The notes: generated by a model from the sequence alone, not told the origin. A stretch of 64,000 bases of DNA from an uncultured delta proteobacterium (GCA_963733195.1 CAVTCR010000009.1:64001-128000), one strand, 5' to 3'; shown: positions 17,969 through 29,237, counted from the first letter of the stretch. A program made the numbers and translations.

Positions 17969-20278
17969 TCCTGCTTCCGCGATTTGTTCTACCACCTCTT
18001 GATAATCGCATTCTTCACGGAAACAACGCCGTGTCGTACCGGTACGTTTGGTGGTCTTCTCGACGATGAACGGCGCTTGGCACTGTGGACATGGTTCGGC
18101 GATCGGGCGATCCCATAGCGCAAAAGAGCATTTGGGGTAGCGACTACAGCTGTAGAAAATCTTTCCGCGTCGTGAGCGTTTTTGTTGGATGTCACCCTCG
18201 TTACAGTCGGGGCAAGTGACTCCGAGTGATACAGGTGCGGCTGTTCCGGTCTTCTTAATGTTTTTGCAGTCTGGATAGCCGGAACAGCCGAGAAACTTCC
18301 CGTACCGGCTGAACCGTATCTGCATCGGCTTGCCGCACTTCTCGCACACTTCGTTAGTGGCTTCTTCTTCTTCTTTCTGTGGGATGACATTACCTTGATC
18401 ATCACGAGTGAAATTACTGGTCGATTTGCACTCAGGATAGTTTGAACAGGCAAGGAACTCGCCGTTACGGCCCCAGCGAATCGTCATCTTCCCGTTCTCA
18501 CACTTGGGGCAGGCAATGTCAGTTGGTTCTCCAGTGCCTTTGACATCACGCATCTCTTTTTCTGCTCGTTCCAGGTCGGCAGAGAAAGGTTGATAGAAAC
18601 GCTCCATCGCCTTCTTCCAATCTTCTTGCCCGTCCTCGATCTTGTCGAGCACTTCTTCCATCCCCGCTGTGAATTCAGCATTGAGGATATCGGGGAACGA
18701 CTCAACCAGCAGGTCAGTGACAAGCATGCCGAGACTTGTCGGACGTAGCCGGCGTTGTTCGTCTTCTTCGACGTAATCTTTGTTGATAATCGTGCCCATG
18801 ATCGAGGCATAGGTTGAGGGTCGGCCGATGCCCTTTTCTTCTAACTCCTTAATCAGAGTCGCCTGCGTGAAACGTGGTGGTGGCTGGGTAAAGTGCTGGT
18901 TCGGTGTGAGTTGCAACAGTTGGAGTCGATCCCCCTCATTCAAAGGCGGAAGCTGCTTCTCATCGTCGTCATCATCATCTGTTGTTTTATCGTCCTTTCC
19001 CTCCATATACACACGTAGGAAGCCATCAAAACGCATGACTTGCCCGCTCGCGCGAAAGGTGCAGGCATTGGCAGCGATGTCGACACTGGTCTGCTCAAAG
19101 AGGGCAGGGGACATCTGACTGGCCATGAAGCGATTCCAGATCAACGTATAGAGGTTGAGTTCTTCGCGGCTGAGGTACTGCGCGACTTTCTCAGGCGTAT
19201 TGTCTAAAGACGTTGGACGGATGGCTTCATGGGCTTCCTGCGCGGTCTTCGCGGAGCGGTACGTGTTCGGTTTCTCTGGAACGTACTGCTCACCGTATGT
19301 GTCATTGATGTAGGTCCGTGCCGCCGCAGTCATTTCTGGCGAAATGCGGGGCGAATCGGTTCGCATGTAGGTAATCAATCCGACCGCGCCTTCCTCACCT
19401 AACTCGACCCCCATATAGAGTCGTTGGGCGATGCCCATCGTGCGGCTCGGTGCGTAGCCGAGTTTTCGTGAGGCTTCTTGCTGCAAGCGAGAGGTAATAA
19501 AAGGAGGGGTAGGATTCCGTCGTCGGTCGCGTTTTTCGACTTTACTGACAATCCAGTCGGCTTTGTCAAGATGCGCCAGGATTTCTTTGGCTTCGGCTTC
19601 GTTGGCAATGCGAAAGGTTTTGTTGTCAACGCGTTTGTCGGCAACCTTGGCTAAACGTGCTTCGAACGGAGGCGGGATTTGCCCTTCGAGATTGGCAATA
19701 ATCGACCAGTATTCTTCGGGAACGAAGGCTTGAATTTCTCGCTCACGTTCAGTGATAATGCGCACGGCGACGGACTGCACGCGACCCGCCGACAACCCGC
19801 GACGCACTTTCTTCCATAACAATGGACTAATCTGATACCCAACCAGGCGGTCTAAGATACGGCGGGTGGCCTGTGCTTCATAGCGATCGCGATTGAGATC
19901 GGTTGGATTCTTGATCGCTTCTTGTACGGCTTTTTTGGTAATTTCATTCAGCAAAATGCGGTGGACTTTTTTGCCTTTCTTGTCAAGTTTTTCCGCAAGG
20001 TGCCATGCAATCGCTTCTCCTTCACGATCAGGGTCAGACGCGAGATAAATATGTTCTTTATCTTTTGCCGCTTTTTTGAGCTCGTCGATGATTTTCGACT
20101 TGCCTTTGATTATTTGATACTCAGCGGCAAACCCTTTTTCGACATCAACCCCAAGTTTGCTCTTAGGCAAATCAACGACATGACCAACTGAGGCTTTGAC
20201 TTGATAGTTCCGGCCCAAGTATTTGCCAAGCGTCTTTGCTTTGGCCGGAGATTCGACAATCACCAAACTTTTTGCCAT
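17966..20278 (-). CDS. topA: DNA topoisomerase I
   Basis: LVIVESPAKAK, DPDREGE, SAGRVQS and LITYMRTDS motifs; C-terminal zinc ribbons. Confidence 0.98.
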   Translation of the reverse strand: MAKSLVIVESPAKAKTLGKYLGRNYQVKASVGHVVDLPKSKLGVDVEKGFAAEYQIIKGKSKIIDELKKAAKDKEHIYLASDPDREGEAIAWHLAEKLDKKGKKVHRILLNEITKKAVQEAIKNPTDLNRDRYEAQATRRILDRLVGYQISPLLWKKVRRGLSAGRVQSVAVRIITEREREIQAFVPEEYWSIIANLEGQIPPPFEARLAKVADKRVDNKTFRIANEAEAKEILAHLDKADWIVSKVEKRDRRRNPTPPFITSRLQQEASRKLGYAPSRTMGIAQRLYMGVELGEEGAVGLITYMRTDSPRISPEMTAAARTYINDTYGEQYVPEKPNTYRSAKTAQEAHEAIRPTSLDNTPEKVAQYLSREELNLYTLIWNRFMASQMSPALFEQTSVDIAANACTFRASGQVMRFDGFLRVYMEGKDDKTTDDDDDDEKQLPPLNEGDRLQLLQLTPNQHFTQPPPRFTQATLIKELEEKGIGRPSTYASIMGTIINKDYVEEDEQRRLRPTSLGMLVTDLLVESFPDILNAEFTAGMEEVLDKIEDGQEDWKKAMERFYQPFSADLERAEKEMRDVKGTGEPTDIACPKCENGKMTIRWGRNGEFLACSNYPECKSTSNFTRDDQGNVIPQKEEEEATNEVCEKCGKPMQIRFSRYGKFLGCSGYPDCKNIKKTGTAAPVSLGVTCPDCNEGDIQQKRSRRGKIFYSCSRYPKCSFALWDRPIAEPCPQCQAPFIVEKTTKRTGTTRRCFREECDYQEVVEQIAEAG

Positions 20279-20283
20279 TACGA

Positions 20284-21426
20284 CTACCTTTTCCTTCTCG
20301 TACCGAGGGCAGCCCCGGTCAGCGCAAAATGCGTCCCCGGAAGCTGTGTCACTCCACCTTTTAGTTCTAGCCCAAGGAGGATCTCAAGCACACGTGCGGC
20401 ACCTAAGCCGCTTTTCCCAATCAAAACATCTACGTGTATCGGATCATCACTAAATAATGCCACCAATTGTTTTTCGTGTGGTTCAAGGTCAAGCGACGGA
20501 ATGGTTGGAACTGTAGGCGTAGAGACGAGCGTTGGCGCAATCTCATTCAAAATATCCTCTACTCCTTCAACCAGCTTCGCTCCTTCCTTAATCAATCGGT
20601 GCGGACCGCGACTGCGATCTGACGTTACATTCCCTGGTACCGCAAATACTTCACGATTTTGCTCGAGAGCGCAACGGGCGGTAATAAGTGACCCGCTTTT
20701 TTCGTTTGCTTCGACGACCACAGTTCCCAAGGTAAGACCGCTAATCACGCGATTACGATAGGGAAAGTGCATCGCATCGGGTTTGCTGCCGAGCGAGAAC
20801 TCGGACACCAATGCACCATGAGTTGTCACCTCCTGTGCCAAGCTCCGATGTTCACTCGGATAGATCACATCTACGCCTGACCCTAAAACCGCTAGTGTTC
20901 TACCTCCGACGGCAATCGTTGCGCGGTGCGCTTCAGCGTCGACGCCACGAGCTAATCCGCTCACGATGGTGACACCTTTTTCTGCCAAACCGCGAGCAAG
21001 CTCACGAGCCATCGTGCGTCCATACGTGCTCGCCGAACGCGAGCCCACAATAGCAATAGCAAAACGATCCGTCGGGAGTAGGTCTCCGTGGACATACAAA
21101 AACGGTGGTGGATCATGAAGATGGGTGAGATTGATCGGGTAATTGTCATCGGTTCGTGTCACTAGTCGTGCGTGGGTACGTGTAAGTTTTTGCAGCTCCG
21201 TTTCTACCGTTTTCCATTGGTCGAATGCGGCAATAGCCTGAGCAACAGTGGGATGGATTCCGGCATCTACTAACGCTGAAACTGGCGTTTTGAAGATGAC
21301 ATCCGGTGACTGAAAACGTTCAAGAAGTTCACGATACGTGACATTCCCCACCCCGCGCACCAGTCGGAGAGCCAGCCAGTAGCGCCACAGCTCTGGTTGC
21401 CCTTTCCCTGCCTGCATTTCTCCCAT
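20284..21426 (-). CDS. dprA: DNA-protecting protein DprA
   Basis: AIVGSR, IVSGLARGVDAEAH, FPYRNRVISGL and SGSLITA motifs; dprA-topA-trmFO synteny. Confidence 0.96.
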   Translation of the reverse strand: MGEMQAGKGQPELWRYWLALRLVRGVGNVTYRELLERFQSPDVIFKTPVSALVDAGIHPTVAQAIAAFDQWKTVETELQKLTRTHARLVTRTDDNYPINLTHLHDPPPFLYVHGDLLPTDRFAIAIVGSRSASTYGRTMARELARGLAEKGVTIVSGLARGVDAEAHRATIAVGGRTLAVLGSGVDVIYPSEHRSLAQEVTTHGALVSEFSLGSKPDAMHFPYRNRVISGLTLGTVVVEANEKSGSLITARCALEQNREVFAVPGNVTSDRSRGPHRLIKEGAKLVEGVEDILNEIAPTLVSTPTVPTIPSLDLEPHEKQLVALFSDDPIHVDVLIGKSGLGAARVLEILLGLELKGGVTQLPGTHFALTGAALGTRRKR

Positions 21427-21574
21427 CTCGCTTACGCTACCCTTTCTCGGCTCACACTCTTGCCTTTATTTAAACACGAACCAACAGAGTGTCTAGAAAC
21501 AGAAAGATAATCAGCGAAGAAGAGAGACATAAAAATGATGACACAAAGCTGTTGTGGATGCAAAGAAGGCAAAA

Positions 21575-21675
21575 TAATGAACAGTGGAAAATTGAGAATG
21601 AAAAGTTAAGAATTCAGCAATGAGTATTCCCTGTAGCCTTTTCATCATTCTCCACTCTCCATTCTCCATTCTTCC
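21575..21675. repeat. Degenerate heptamer tandem repeats in inverted arrangement
   Basis: GAAAATT GAGAATG AAAAGTT AAGAATT ... CATTCTC CACTCTC CATTCTC CATTCTT. Confidence 0.6.
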
Positions 21676-21752
21676 TTTCCTCCCATCCCTTGACTCCTCC
21701 GGCATTGTCCTGAAAGCTGGAGCTGATCGCTAAAAACTGAGAACCTTGTATC

Positions 21753-23471
21753 ATGCCGACAATTACACAGTTACTCGAAGAAAAAACCTCGCAAGCGCTG
21801 ACTGTTGTGAGTGGCACCCAGGCCCCAGCCTTGGTCCAACCTACAGCAAATCCGCAGTTTGGTGATTATCAAGCGAACGGCGTTATGGCTGTTGCGAAGG
21901 CACAGAAGATGAACCCGCGTGAGCTGGCACTGAAAGTGATTACGCAGTTCAATCCCACTGAACTGCCAGCGACCTGCGAAATCGCCGGTCCTGGGTTCAT
22001 TAACTTTCGCCTTGATCCCAACTGGCTAAGTCGGACCATGTTAGCGACGGCGCTGGACGAACGTCTTGGTGTCGAACGAGCCGCACGACCAGAAACTATT
22101 ATCGTCGATTTTAGCGCCCCCAATACTGCGAAGCCGATGCATGTCGGTCATATTCGTACAACCATTATTGGCGATGCGTTGGCAAAAGTGTTCTCTTTCC
22201 TTGGTCATCGTGTCGTCACAGATAATCATGTTGGCGATTGGGGCACGCAGTTCGGTATGTTGATCGTTGGTTATCGTACGGTTCTCGATCGCGCTGCGTA
22301 CGAGCGTGATCCGATCGCAGAATTAGAACGGGTTTACAAAACTATCCAAGCTCAGGCGAAGGCCAATCCTGCTGTAGGCCAGCAAGCCCGTGAGGAACTC
22401 GCCAAACTTCAGAAGGGCGACCCTGAGAATCTTGCGTTATGGAAAGAATTTACCACTGTCTCGCGTAGAGTATTTGAACGTGTCTATAGTCGCTTACACA
22501 TCCAGTTTGATCACTGGCTGGGTGAAAGTTTTTATAATCCGATGCTGCCTGGCGTTGTCCAAGATTTACGAGAAAAAGGACTCGCTCAGCCAAGCGACGG
22601 GGCGATATGCATCTTTTATGAAGATGATCCTGATTTGAACAGCACTCCGTTTCTGGTTCAGAAACAAGACGGAGCCTTTCTTTACGCGACGACCGACTTG
22701 GCAACGATTAAGTATCGAGTTGAAACCTTTCATCCTGATCGCATCATTTACGTTGTCGACAGCCGCCAGCAGTTACATTTCCGCCAGTTGTTTGCCGCAG
22801 CCCGGCGGTGGGGCTACACGATGACGCTGGAACATGTGGGCTTTGGCACGATCCTCGGTGAGGATGGTAAGCCAATCAAAACCAGAGAAGGGGAGCCGAT
22901 TAAGCTGGAAGCTTTGCTGAATGAAGCCGAAGAACGCGCACGGGCAATCGTACGCGATAAAAATCCGAGTCTGTCAGAGGACGAGCAAGCGCATATTGCC
23001 CGTGTGGTTGGCATCGGTGCGGTAAAGTATGCGGACCTCATGCAGAATCGTACGGCGGATTATCGCTTCAGTTGGGATAAAATGCTCGCCTTTGATGGTA
23101 ATACCGCGCCGTATTTGCAGTACGTCTACGCGCGAATTCGTTCGATCTTTCGCAAAGGTGAGCTTGAACAGTGGAAACCTGAGCCGAATATGGAGGTCCG
23201 ACTGACTGCGCCTGAAGAACTCGATCTGGCGAAGCAGATGCTCCGTTTTGGCGATGTGCTATTGGAAGTCGAGCGTACTTATAAACCGAATATCCTCGCT
23301 GGGTTCTTGTACGATTTGGCTACCAAGTTCAACCTGTTCTATCAGGCACATGCAGTGCTCAAAGCCCCTGAAGAGGTGCGTCGGACGCGATTACTGCTCT
23401 GCGACCTCACCGCTCGTTATATCAAGAAGGGATTAGAGTTGTTGGGGATTGAGACGGTAGAAGCCATGTAA
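21753..23471 (+). CDS. argS: Arginine--tRNA ligase
   Basis: FGDYQAN, GPGFINF, PMHVGHIR (HIGH), GDWGTQFG and GNTAPYLQY motifs; C-terminal EAM. Confidence 0.98.
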   Translation: MPTITQLLEEKTSQALTVVSGTQAPALVQPTANPQFGDYQANGVMAVAKAQKMNPRELALKVITQFNPTELPATCEIAGPGFINFRLDPNWLSRTMLATALDERLGVERAARPETIIVDFSAPNTAKPMHVGHIRTTIIGDALAKVFSFLGHRVVTDNHVGDWGTQFGMLIVGYRTVLDRAAYERDPIAELERVYKTIQAQAKANPAVGQQAREELAKLQKGDPENLALWKEFTTVSRRVFERVYSRLHIQFDHWLGESFYNPMLPGVVQDLREKGLAQPSDGAICIFYEDDPDLNSTPFLVQKQDGAFLYATTDLATIKYRVETFHPDRIIYVVDSRQQLHFRQLFAAARRWGYTMTLEHVGFGTILGEDGKPIKTREGEPIKLEALLNEAEERARAIVRDKNPSLSEDEQAHIARVVGIGAVKYADLMQNRTADYRFSWDKMLAFDGNTAPYLQYVYARIRSIFRKGELEQWKPEPNMEVRLTAPEELDLAKQMLRFGDVLLEVERTYKPNILAGFLYDLATKFNLFYQAHAVLKAPEEVRRTRLLLCDLTARYIKKGLELLGIETVEAM

Positions 23472-23650
23472 GCGTAAAACGTGAAACGTAAGACGTAACC
23501 GCCACATTCCCTCCTTATTGGGCGGCCCGCAGTTGATTCGATTTCGCAGAAGTCGATTGCGATCTAAGTATGCGGCAGCGGAACACGAATTGATTTTGAC
23601 TGTTGTTTCCACGCCGGTGGCTGAAAAAACAGCTGACAGCAGCAGTTTTC

Positions 23651-25401
23651 TCAGCGCCCCGATGCGGCGGCTGCGGCGATCGCCGCGCCCATGCGCGGGT
23701 AGTCGTAGACTTCGACTTCGTCAATCTCGCCACGGAAGGCTTGGTTGGCCTTGTACCAGGTGCCCAGACGCAGCTGCCGCCAGGTCATGTCGGGCGGCGG
23801 AGCGCCCTTGGCACGGTCGGCCAGCATCCCATCGAGGTACAGCGAAAGGGACGCCTCTCCCGGGTCGTGCACAAGCGCCGCGTGGATCCACCGTTCCGCA
23901 GGCACCGAGCCAGGACGGGACAGCGCGTTGGCGCTCTCATTCTCGCCTGCCTCCTTGTTGCGCCGCGACACGGTGCCGTGCAATGCCCAGGGCTTATGCA
24001 GAGGACATCCCGGAGCCGTGATGGACAACGAGGCGTCTGTCGTGAGTGCGGCCAGCGTCTGCCAGCCGGAACCGCCCCGGTACGGGTTCGTCCAGTCGGC
24101 GCGCCTAAACCACAGCTCCAGCGTGAAGCCCTGGTCGAAGGAGGGTGCGTTGCTCAAAGGCAGGTCGATCCAGTCTTCTGTGCCTCCCACGAACAGTGCG
24201 CGCCCACTCATGCCCGGGACGAGACGCACCTCGTCGCCGCTGGCCTTCGCCTGAAGGCGCAGAGGCCCCTCGTCGTTGAAACTCTCGTCGAAGGACAATC
24301 TCAGCACCGGCGACGCCCCGCCGCCCACCGTTGGGCGGGCGGCACGCTGGAAAACGGCGTCTGCAGTCGGCGGCAAAGACGCGCGTGGGACGATGGGCGC
24401 TTCATCGAGAGTCTTGAGTCTCACGCCGCGGATCGCGGGCTTCACGCCAGAAAGCGTCAGGACGGTGGCGCGCTCCGGCTCCGGGACGCTGACGCCGTCG
24501 GAGACGAACCAGGAGTCGTGAAATCCTCCGCGCGCCTCGGCATTGAGGTCGTGCGCGAAGCCGATCGGCTTGGCCACGAGACGGTATTCGCCAGGGCTCA
24601 GGAGTGCGAGGGAAAAGCGGCCCTGATGGTCGGTGCGAACTGAGTATTCCCGCCCTCCGTGCGCTGGCATGGCGAACACCGACGCCATGGGATGCTCCCG
24701 ACCGGACTTGATGACGCCCTCAATCGTGTAGAGACTGGGCGAGCCCGGCGACCACTTGGCGCGCAGGTCGGCGGCGTCCTGTTCGCCCAGCGCGGTGGGG
24801 TTGTCGCCGACAGCGCGTGGCCCACTGAACATGATCGAGCGCGGCGTCGCCGCGTGAGGTAGGCCCAGCGTGTGGCCGATCTCGTGGGCCAGCGTGTCGA
24901 GTTGCATCGCCTTGGAGTTTCCGGCTGACGAAGAAATGGCCGCGCTTGTAGCCGCCAGGGATCGTCCCGCTGAATCCCCCGTGCGCCAGCTCGCCGTGGA
25001 AGTTGCGCTCGCCGTAGAGCACTGCGTGCACGCAGCCATCGTACGGGATTTGCGTCGTGCCGTCGTAGCCCGGGGCGTCGTGTCCCGCGAACTGGAAGCG
25101 CAAGGTACCCGCCGAGGCGTCTTCCCACAGTTTGAAAGCCCGCGCCAGCCGCTCGATGATCTCGGGCGAGGCCGGGACCGCCCGGCCTCTGGGCGGCGTC
25201 CCACATCATAGATGTTGCCTTGTAGCAGATCACGTTCGCCGCGTGCCCTGGGACGGTGACCCCTACCACTAGCGTACCGACGAACGCAAATATTATTATG
25301 AGCTGCGCAAATCCGTCCCGTCTCGCATAGGCATACACAAGGGAGGGGACAAGCACTACGGCCAGCCCACTGAGGCCAATCCGACGAATGAATGATGGCA
25401 T
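23651..25401 (-). CDS. Secreted matrixin-like (M10) metalloprotease with carboxypeptidase-regulatory-like and LamG domains; frameshifted; high GC
   Basis: HEIGHTLGLPH plus SIM Met-turn; LamG motifs FTLELWF, WIHAALV, LYLDG and FRGEIDEV. The N-terminus MPSFIRRIGLSG (ATG 25401, GGGGG RBS) lies in another frame; at least two frameshifts. Confidence 0.75.
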
Positions 25402-25659
25402 GACGAGATCCCCCTGTGTTCGCGATGCCCACCCCTCGCCTGCGGAGCGGGCGCGCACTCTAGAGCAGTGGCATTCGGAGAGATCATCGACCAAACGTAC
25501 ACAGCCTTGAGCATCATACACACGACCACCACAGGAATTGTCTGTCCGCTCATGTGCATCCCCATCTAGAGATATTCCTCTAGACACTTGACCTTCGTCA
25601 GCAGAAACACAACAGTAGCAGATCATGTAACGGGTCGTCTCTCACGAAAGGAGCGTTTC

Positions 25660-25692
25660 ATGAAGTTTTCTCTCTTTGACATCATGCACTGA
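25660..25692 (+). pseudogene. Stub resembling the N-terminus of an LLM-class oxidoreductase
   Basis: AAAGGAG RBS, then MKFSLFDIMH followed by TGA. Confidence 0.4.
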
Positions 25693-25744
25693 CCAGGATG
25701 CACATGAGGTCCCTTATCCTTCCCATCAGAAAAAGGAGATAATT

Positions 25745-26572
25745 ATGCGACAAGTGCAGCGTACTTCAGGTCCCGTATCCATCGCTTACGAAGTGCAAGG
25801 CAGCGGACCACTGGTTGTCTTTCTTCACGGTATTGGTGGGAACCGCACCAATTGGTATGAACAGCTCGATCATTTCGGTGATCGTTTCTGTGCTGTCACG
25901 TGGGATGCACGGGGGTATGGCGCAAGTGATGATTCACCGCAACCGTTGAAATTTAGCGATTATGCTGATGATCTGAATCGTTTGCTCGATCATTTCAAAG
26001 CTGAGCGAGCGCATCTCGTTGGCTTATCGATGGGTGGCATGATTATCCAGGATTTTTACGATCGCTATCCGCAACCGCGTAGCAACATTATCACTAGTTG
26101 ATACTTCAGCAGGCTTCGGTGTCGCTCCGGAAGAAGCAGAGCGGGATTTTTTGCCCGCCGACTCGATCCCTTAGAAAAAGGGTTAACTCCAACAGACATT
26201 GCTCCAGGGGTGGTCGAGGTGTTAGCGGGGAAGAGTGCCTCGGAAGCAATCCGAGCGAAACTGCGAGCGTCTATTTCCGCTTTACGAGTAGAGCCGTACA
26301 AACAAGCGCTTCATGCGATCATCACTACTGATTTTCGCTCGACATTACCAAAAATCGCTGTGCCCACACTTGTTATTGTCGGTGATGAAGATATTGTGAC
26401 TCCACCACCAGCTTCAGATTTTCTAGTCGCGAACATTCCTGGTGCATCGTTAGTCACGATTCCACAAGCTGGACATTTGACCAACATCGAAAAGCCAGAA
26501 GCGTTCAAAGCCGCCCTACGGCCGTTTTTGGAGCAACATGCGCAGCGCGCATCGGTTGTGATCGGAAAGTGA
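25745..26572 (+). CDS. Alpha/beta hydrolase (3-oxoadipate enol-lactonase-like), two frameshifts
   Basis: FLHGIGG, DARGYG, GLSMGG nucleophile, GDED acid and AGHL histidine across three frames. Confidence 0.85.
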
Positions 26573-26717
26573 ACGGGACTTCCGGAAAAGAGAGTGACAG
26601 AGACACCAGTAGTTCAACTGCTTCACCAAACTCCCAAACCGGCTTCACGCAAAACTTGCTAACCGGCAGAGTGCTGATCTCGTGGTTATGAAGGTCAATG
26701 CTTTCACGTTCTCCCTT

Positions 26718-26963
26718 TTACGCAGCAGTCTTCGTAAAATCCCGAACTGGGACGAGGAGTGTTTTTTCTACTGTCCTCTTGCGTCGTGCAATCACTTCCA
26801 TCTTTTCTACGGTCGTCGCGTCATAATATCGCTCCCCGCAGCGCCGACAGACCCGCGCAGGAACATTCTCTATGAGGACAAGCTTACCTTTATGGCGATA
26901 GTGAACTGTCACGGTTTTCATTCGCACCTGTCCATTGCAATACTCACAGATTTCATCTTGCAT
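26718..26963 (-). CDS. YgiT/MqsA-type zinc-finger protein (putative antitoxin)
   Basis: CEYC...ENVPARVCRRCGERY motif; directly downstream of DUF4258. Confidence 0.88.
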   Translation of the reverse strand: MQDEICEYCNGQVRMKTVTVHYRHKGKLVLIENVPARVCRRCGERYYDATTVEKMEVIARRKRTVEKTLLVPVRDFTKTAA

Positions 26964-26964
26964 A

Positions 26965-27252
26965 TTATTCTTCCTCCACGGCATACACCGTCAGAATTCG
27001 TAATTTTCCTGAAGCGAGAAAACGACAGACTACCTCTATCTCTCTTTCATCTTGCGCCTTTCCTCGCACCACATACCGGCTCCCGCGCGGATCATTGGTC
27101 AGAATCTGTACCACCCGCCCAGTCAAGATTGCGTCCCGCAAGTCTGCGACTGACAGATCGTCATCTTCTCGTTCTTCTTCTGCGTGGCCCGTGATCTCGT
27201 AATTCTTTGTTCGTATCCTGTCCCGAATTTCTCGAATGCCTTTTCGTGGCAT
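26965..27252 (-). CDS. DUF4258 protein (putative RelE-like toxin)
   Basis: ITGHAEEE...DDL, DPRGSRYVVRG and RILTVY motifs. Confidence 0.85.
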   Translation of the reverse strand: MPRKGIREIRDRIRTKNYEITGHAEEEREDDDLSVADLRDAILTGRVVQILTNDPRGSRYVVRGKAQDEREIEVVCRFLASGKLRILTVYAVEEE

Positions 27253-27307
27253 GTTGGATTGACCTTCTGTTGCCTCTTTTTCTTATTCTCAATTCTTCAT
27301 TCTCAAT

Positions 27308-29237
27308 TCACTTCAGCCCCGCCTTGCGCAGGGCGGCAGCATAGCGCTCTATGACCGCTGGATCTTTGTAGGAAACTCCTTTGCTTCCACTCTCTCTAGC
27401 GAGAAATTGGGAATGATCCGCAGAATTTCTGCTCCTGCTGCCTTGGCCTCTTCCTCTCGTCCTAACTCACTATAGATGACCGCTAAGCCCCAGTGGGCAG
27501 CCCAATGATCAGGGTTACGCGCAAGGATTTTCTTGAAAATCGCGACTGGCTTCCTCATACTGCCCTGCGAAAACGTAGGCTTGGCCTAATGCGTTCAAGA
27601 CGGGCAAGTGCTGAGGGTCCAGACGCACGGCCTTCTTCGCTGCAGCAATGGCTTCCTGCGGCCTTCCCGCTACTCTGGAGAACAAACGACAGCCCCTGAT
27701 AGCCAAGAGCAGAGTTGGGATTGAGCGTAATGGCCCGCTCCATTTCAGTCTGGGCTTGGTCATGCTGTTTTTCCACAGATAGACAAATCCCAGGACCGCA
27801 TGGGCTAGGGCAGGAGTCATCCAAGGCCACCGCCTTCTGCGCTAACTCAAAAGCCTGCTCTAGGGTCTGATCCGGCCCTCCATACTGGAACCACTCCGTC
27901 CAGTAGGTCTGACTCAGCCCCGCGTACGCTCCCGCATACTGTGGGTCCAGCTCCATGGCTTTCTCAAACATCTGCCGCGCTTGCGCATTCGCTTCTTTCT
28001 TCGCCTCGTAGAATGCACGGAGAATAGACTCCAACCCGCGCAAGTAGAAGTCATAGGCTTCCAGGTTGTTGGTCGGAGCACGCTGAAAACGTGCTTGCTC
28101 CTCTGGCGTCAGCTTCACTTTCAGTGCGAACACGATCTTCTGCCGGATCTCATCCTGCAGGGCGAAGATGTCTGCAAGCGGTCGGTCATAGCGCTCGGAC
28201 CAGAGATGCCCTCCTGTGACAGCATCGATTAACTGTGTCGTGATCCGCACTTGGTCGCCTGCCTTGCGCACACTGCCTTCCAAGACGTACTGCACGCCCA
28301 ACTCTTTACTCACCTCTTGTACCTTCACTGCTTTGCCTTTGTAGGTGAAGGCAGAGTTGCGGGCGATGACGAAGAGACTGGAGATGCGTGGAGAGATCGG
28401 TGGTGATGTCCTCGGTGATACCATCGCTGAAATACTCTTGCTTGGGATCGTCGCTCATGTTGACAAAGGGCAAGCACGACGATGGAGGGTTTGTCCGGTA
28501 ACGGCAGGGACTCTTGCGTGCTGCGTGTTAGGTGTTAGGTGTTCGGAGAAGGAGCAGGAAATATCGCATGGCGATGGAGGTACCGGCAATGAGGAGCCAG
28601 CGCCACTATTGCCACTCAGTAGTGGCCAGGCGCAACCGCTGTGAGAGTTTCAGACGCTGGACTTGCAGGGTCTGCCGCACGCCTGTGGGTGCTCGGGCAA
28701 AGGGCATAGACTTGGAAGCGTTCGGCGATGTTCTTGAGCTTCGGCTTGCCTAGCGAGACTACCGTTCCCAAGTCCAGCTTCTTGACCACATCGCGATAGA
28801 CCACGTCTGAGATACAGATACGTGTCCGGCTCAGCTAGTGCCTGTAAACGTGAGGCAATGTTCACCCCATCACCGAACACATCGCCATCCCGTTGGACGA
28901 CATCGCCCGAATGGATGCCAATGCGCACGTGAATCTGTTCGGCTGCCTCTTTCTCGGCGTTATGCGTCCGCAGCTGGGTGTGAATCGACTGCGCGCACTG
29001 CACGGCATGGACGACGGAAGGAAAATCCACCAGGAAGGCATCGCCCACGGTCTTGATTACCGTCCCATGATGTTCAGCAACCGCCTGTTGGATAATCTGA
29101 TTGTGAACATCCAACAACCGCAGCATACGGGATTCATCCCTGCCCATCTGACGGCTAAAACCGACGATGTCGGTGAACATGATCGCAGCTAATCGCCGAC
29201 TCTCTGCATGTCCCGCGCTGCCGGTCTCTTCCTTCAT
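27308..29237 (-). pseudogene. Class III adenylate/guanylate cyclase - TM - TolB-like - TPR protein, multiply frameshifted
   Basis: RRLAAIMFTDIVGFS, KTVGDAF and GDGVNIASRLQ; LFVIARNSAFTYKGK and VLEGSVRK; TPR repeats; terminal ALRKAGLK. At least five frame changes, from sequencing error or decay. Confidence 0.85.

Noticed and set aside
23518-24643. Long plus-strand ORFs (167, 346 and 169 aa)
   Set aside because: Antisense shadows of the high-GC matrixin-LamG gene with no recognisable motifs.
25420-25600. Integron attC site or IS end flanking the high-GC gene
   Set aside because: No RYYYAAC...GTTRRRY pairing and no terminal inverted repeats found; only three TCTAGA hexamers.
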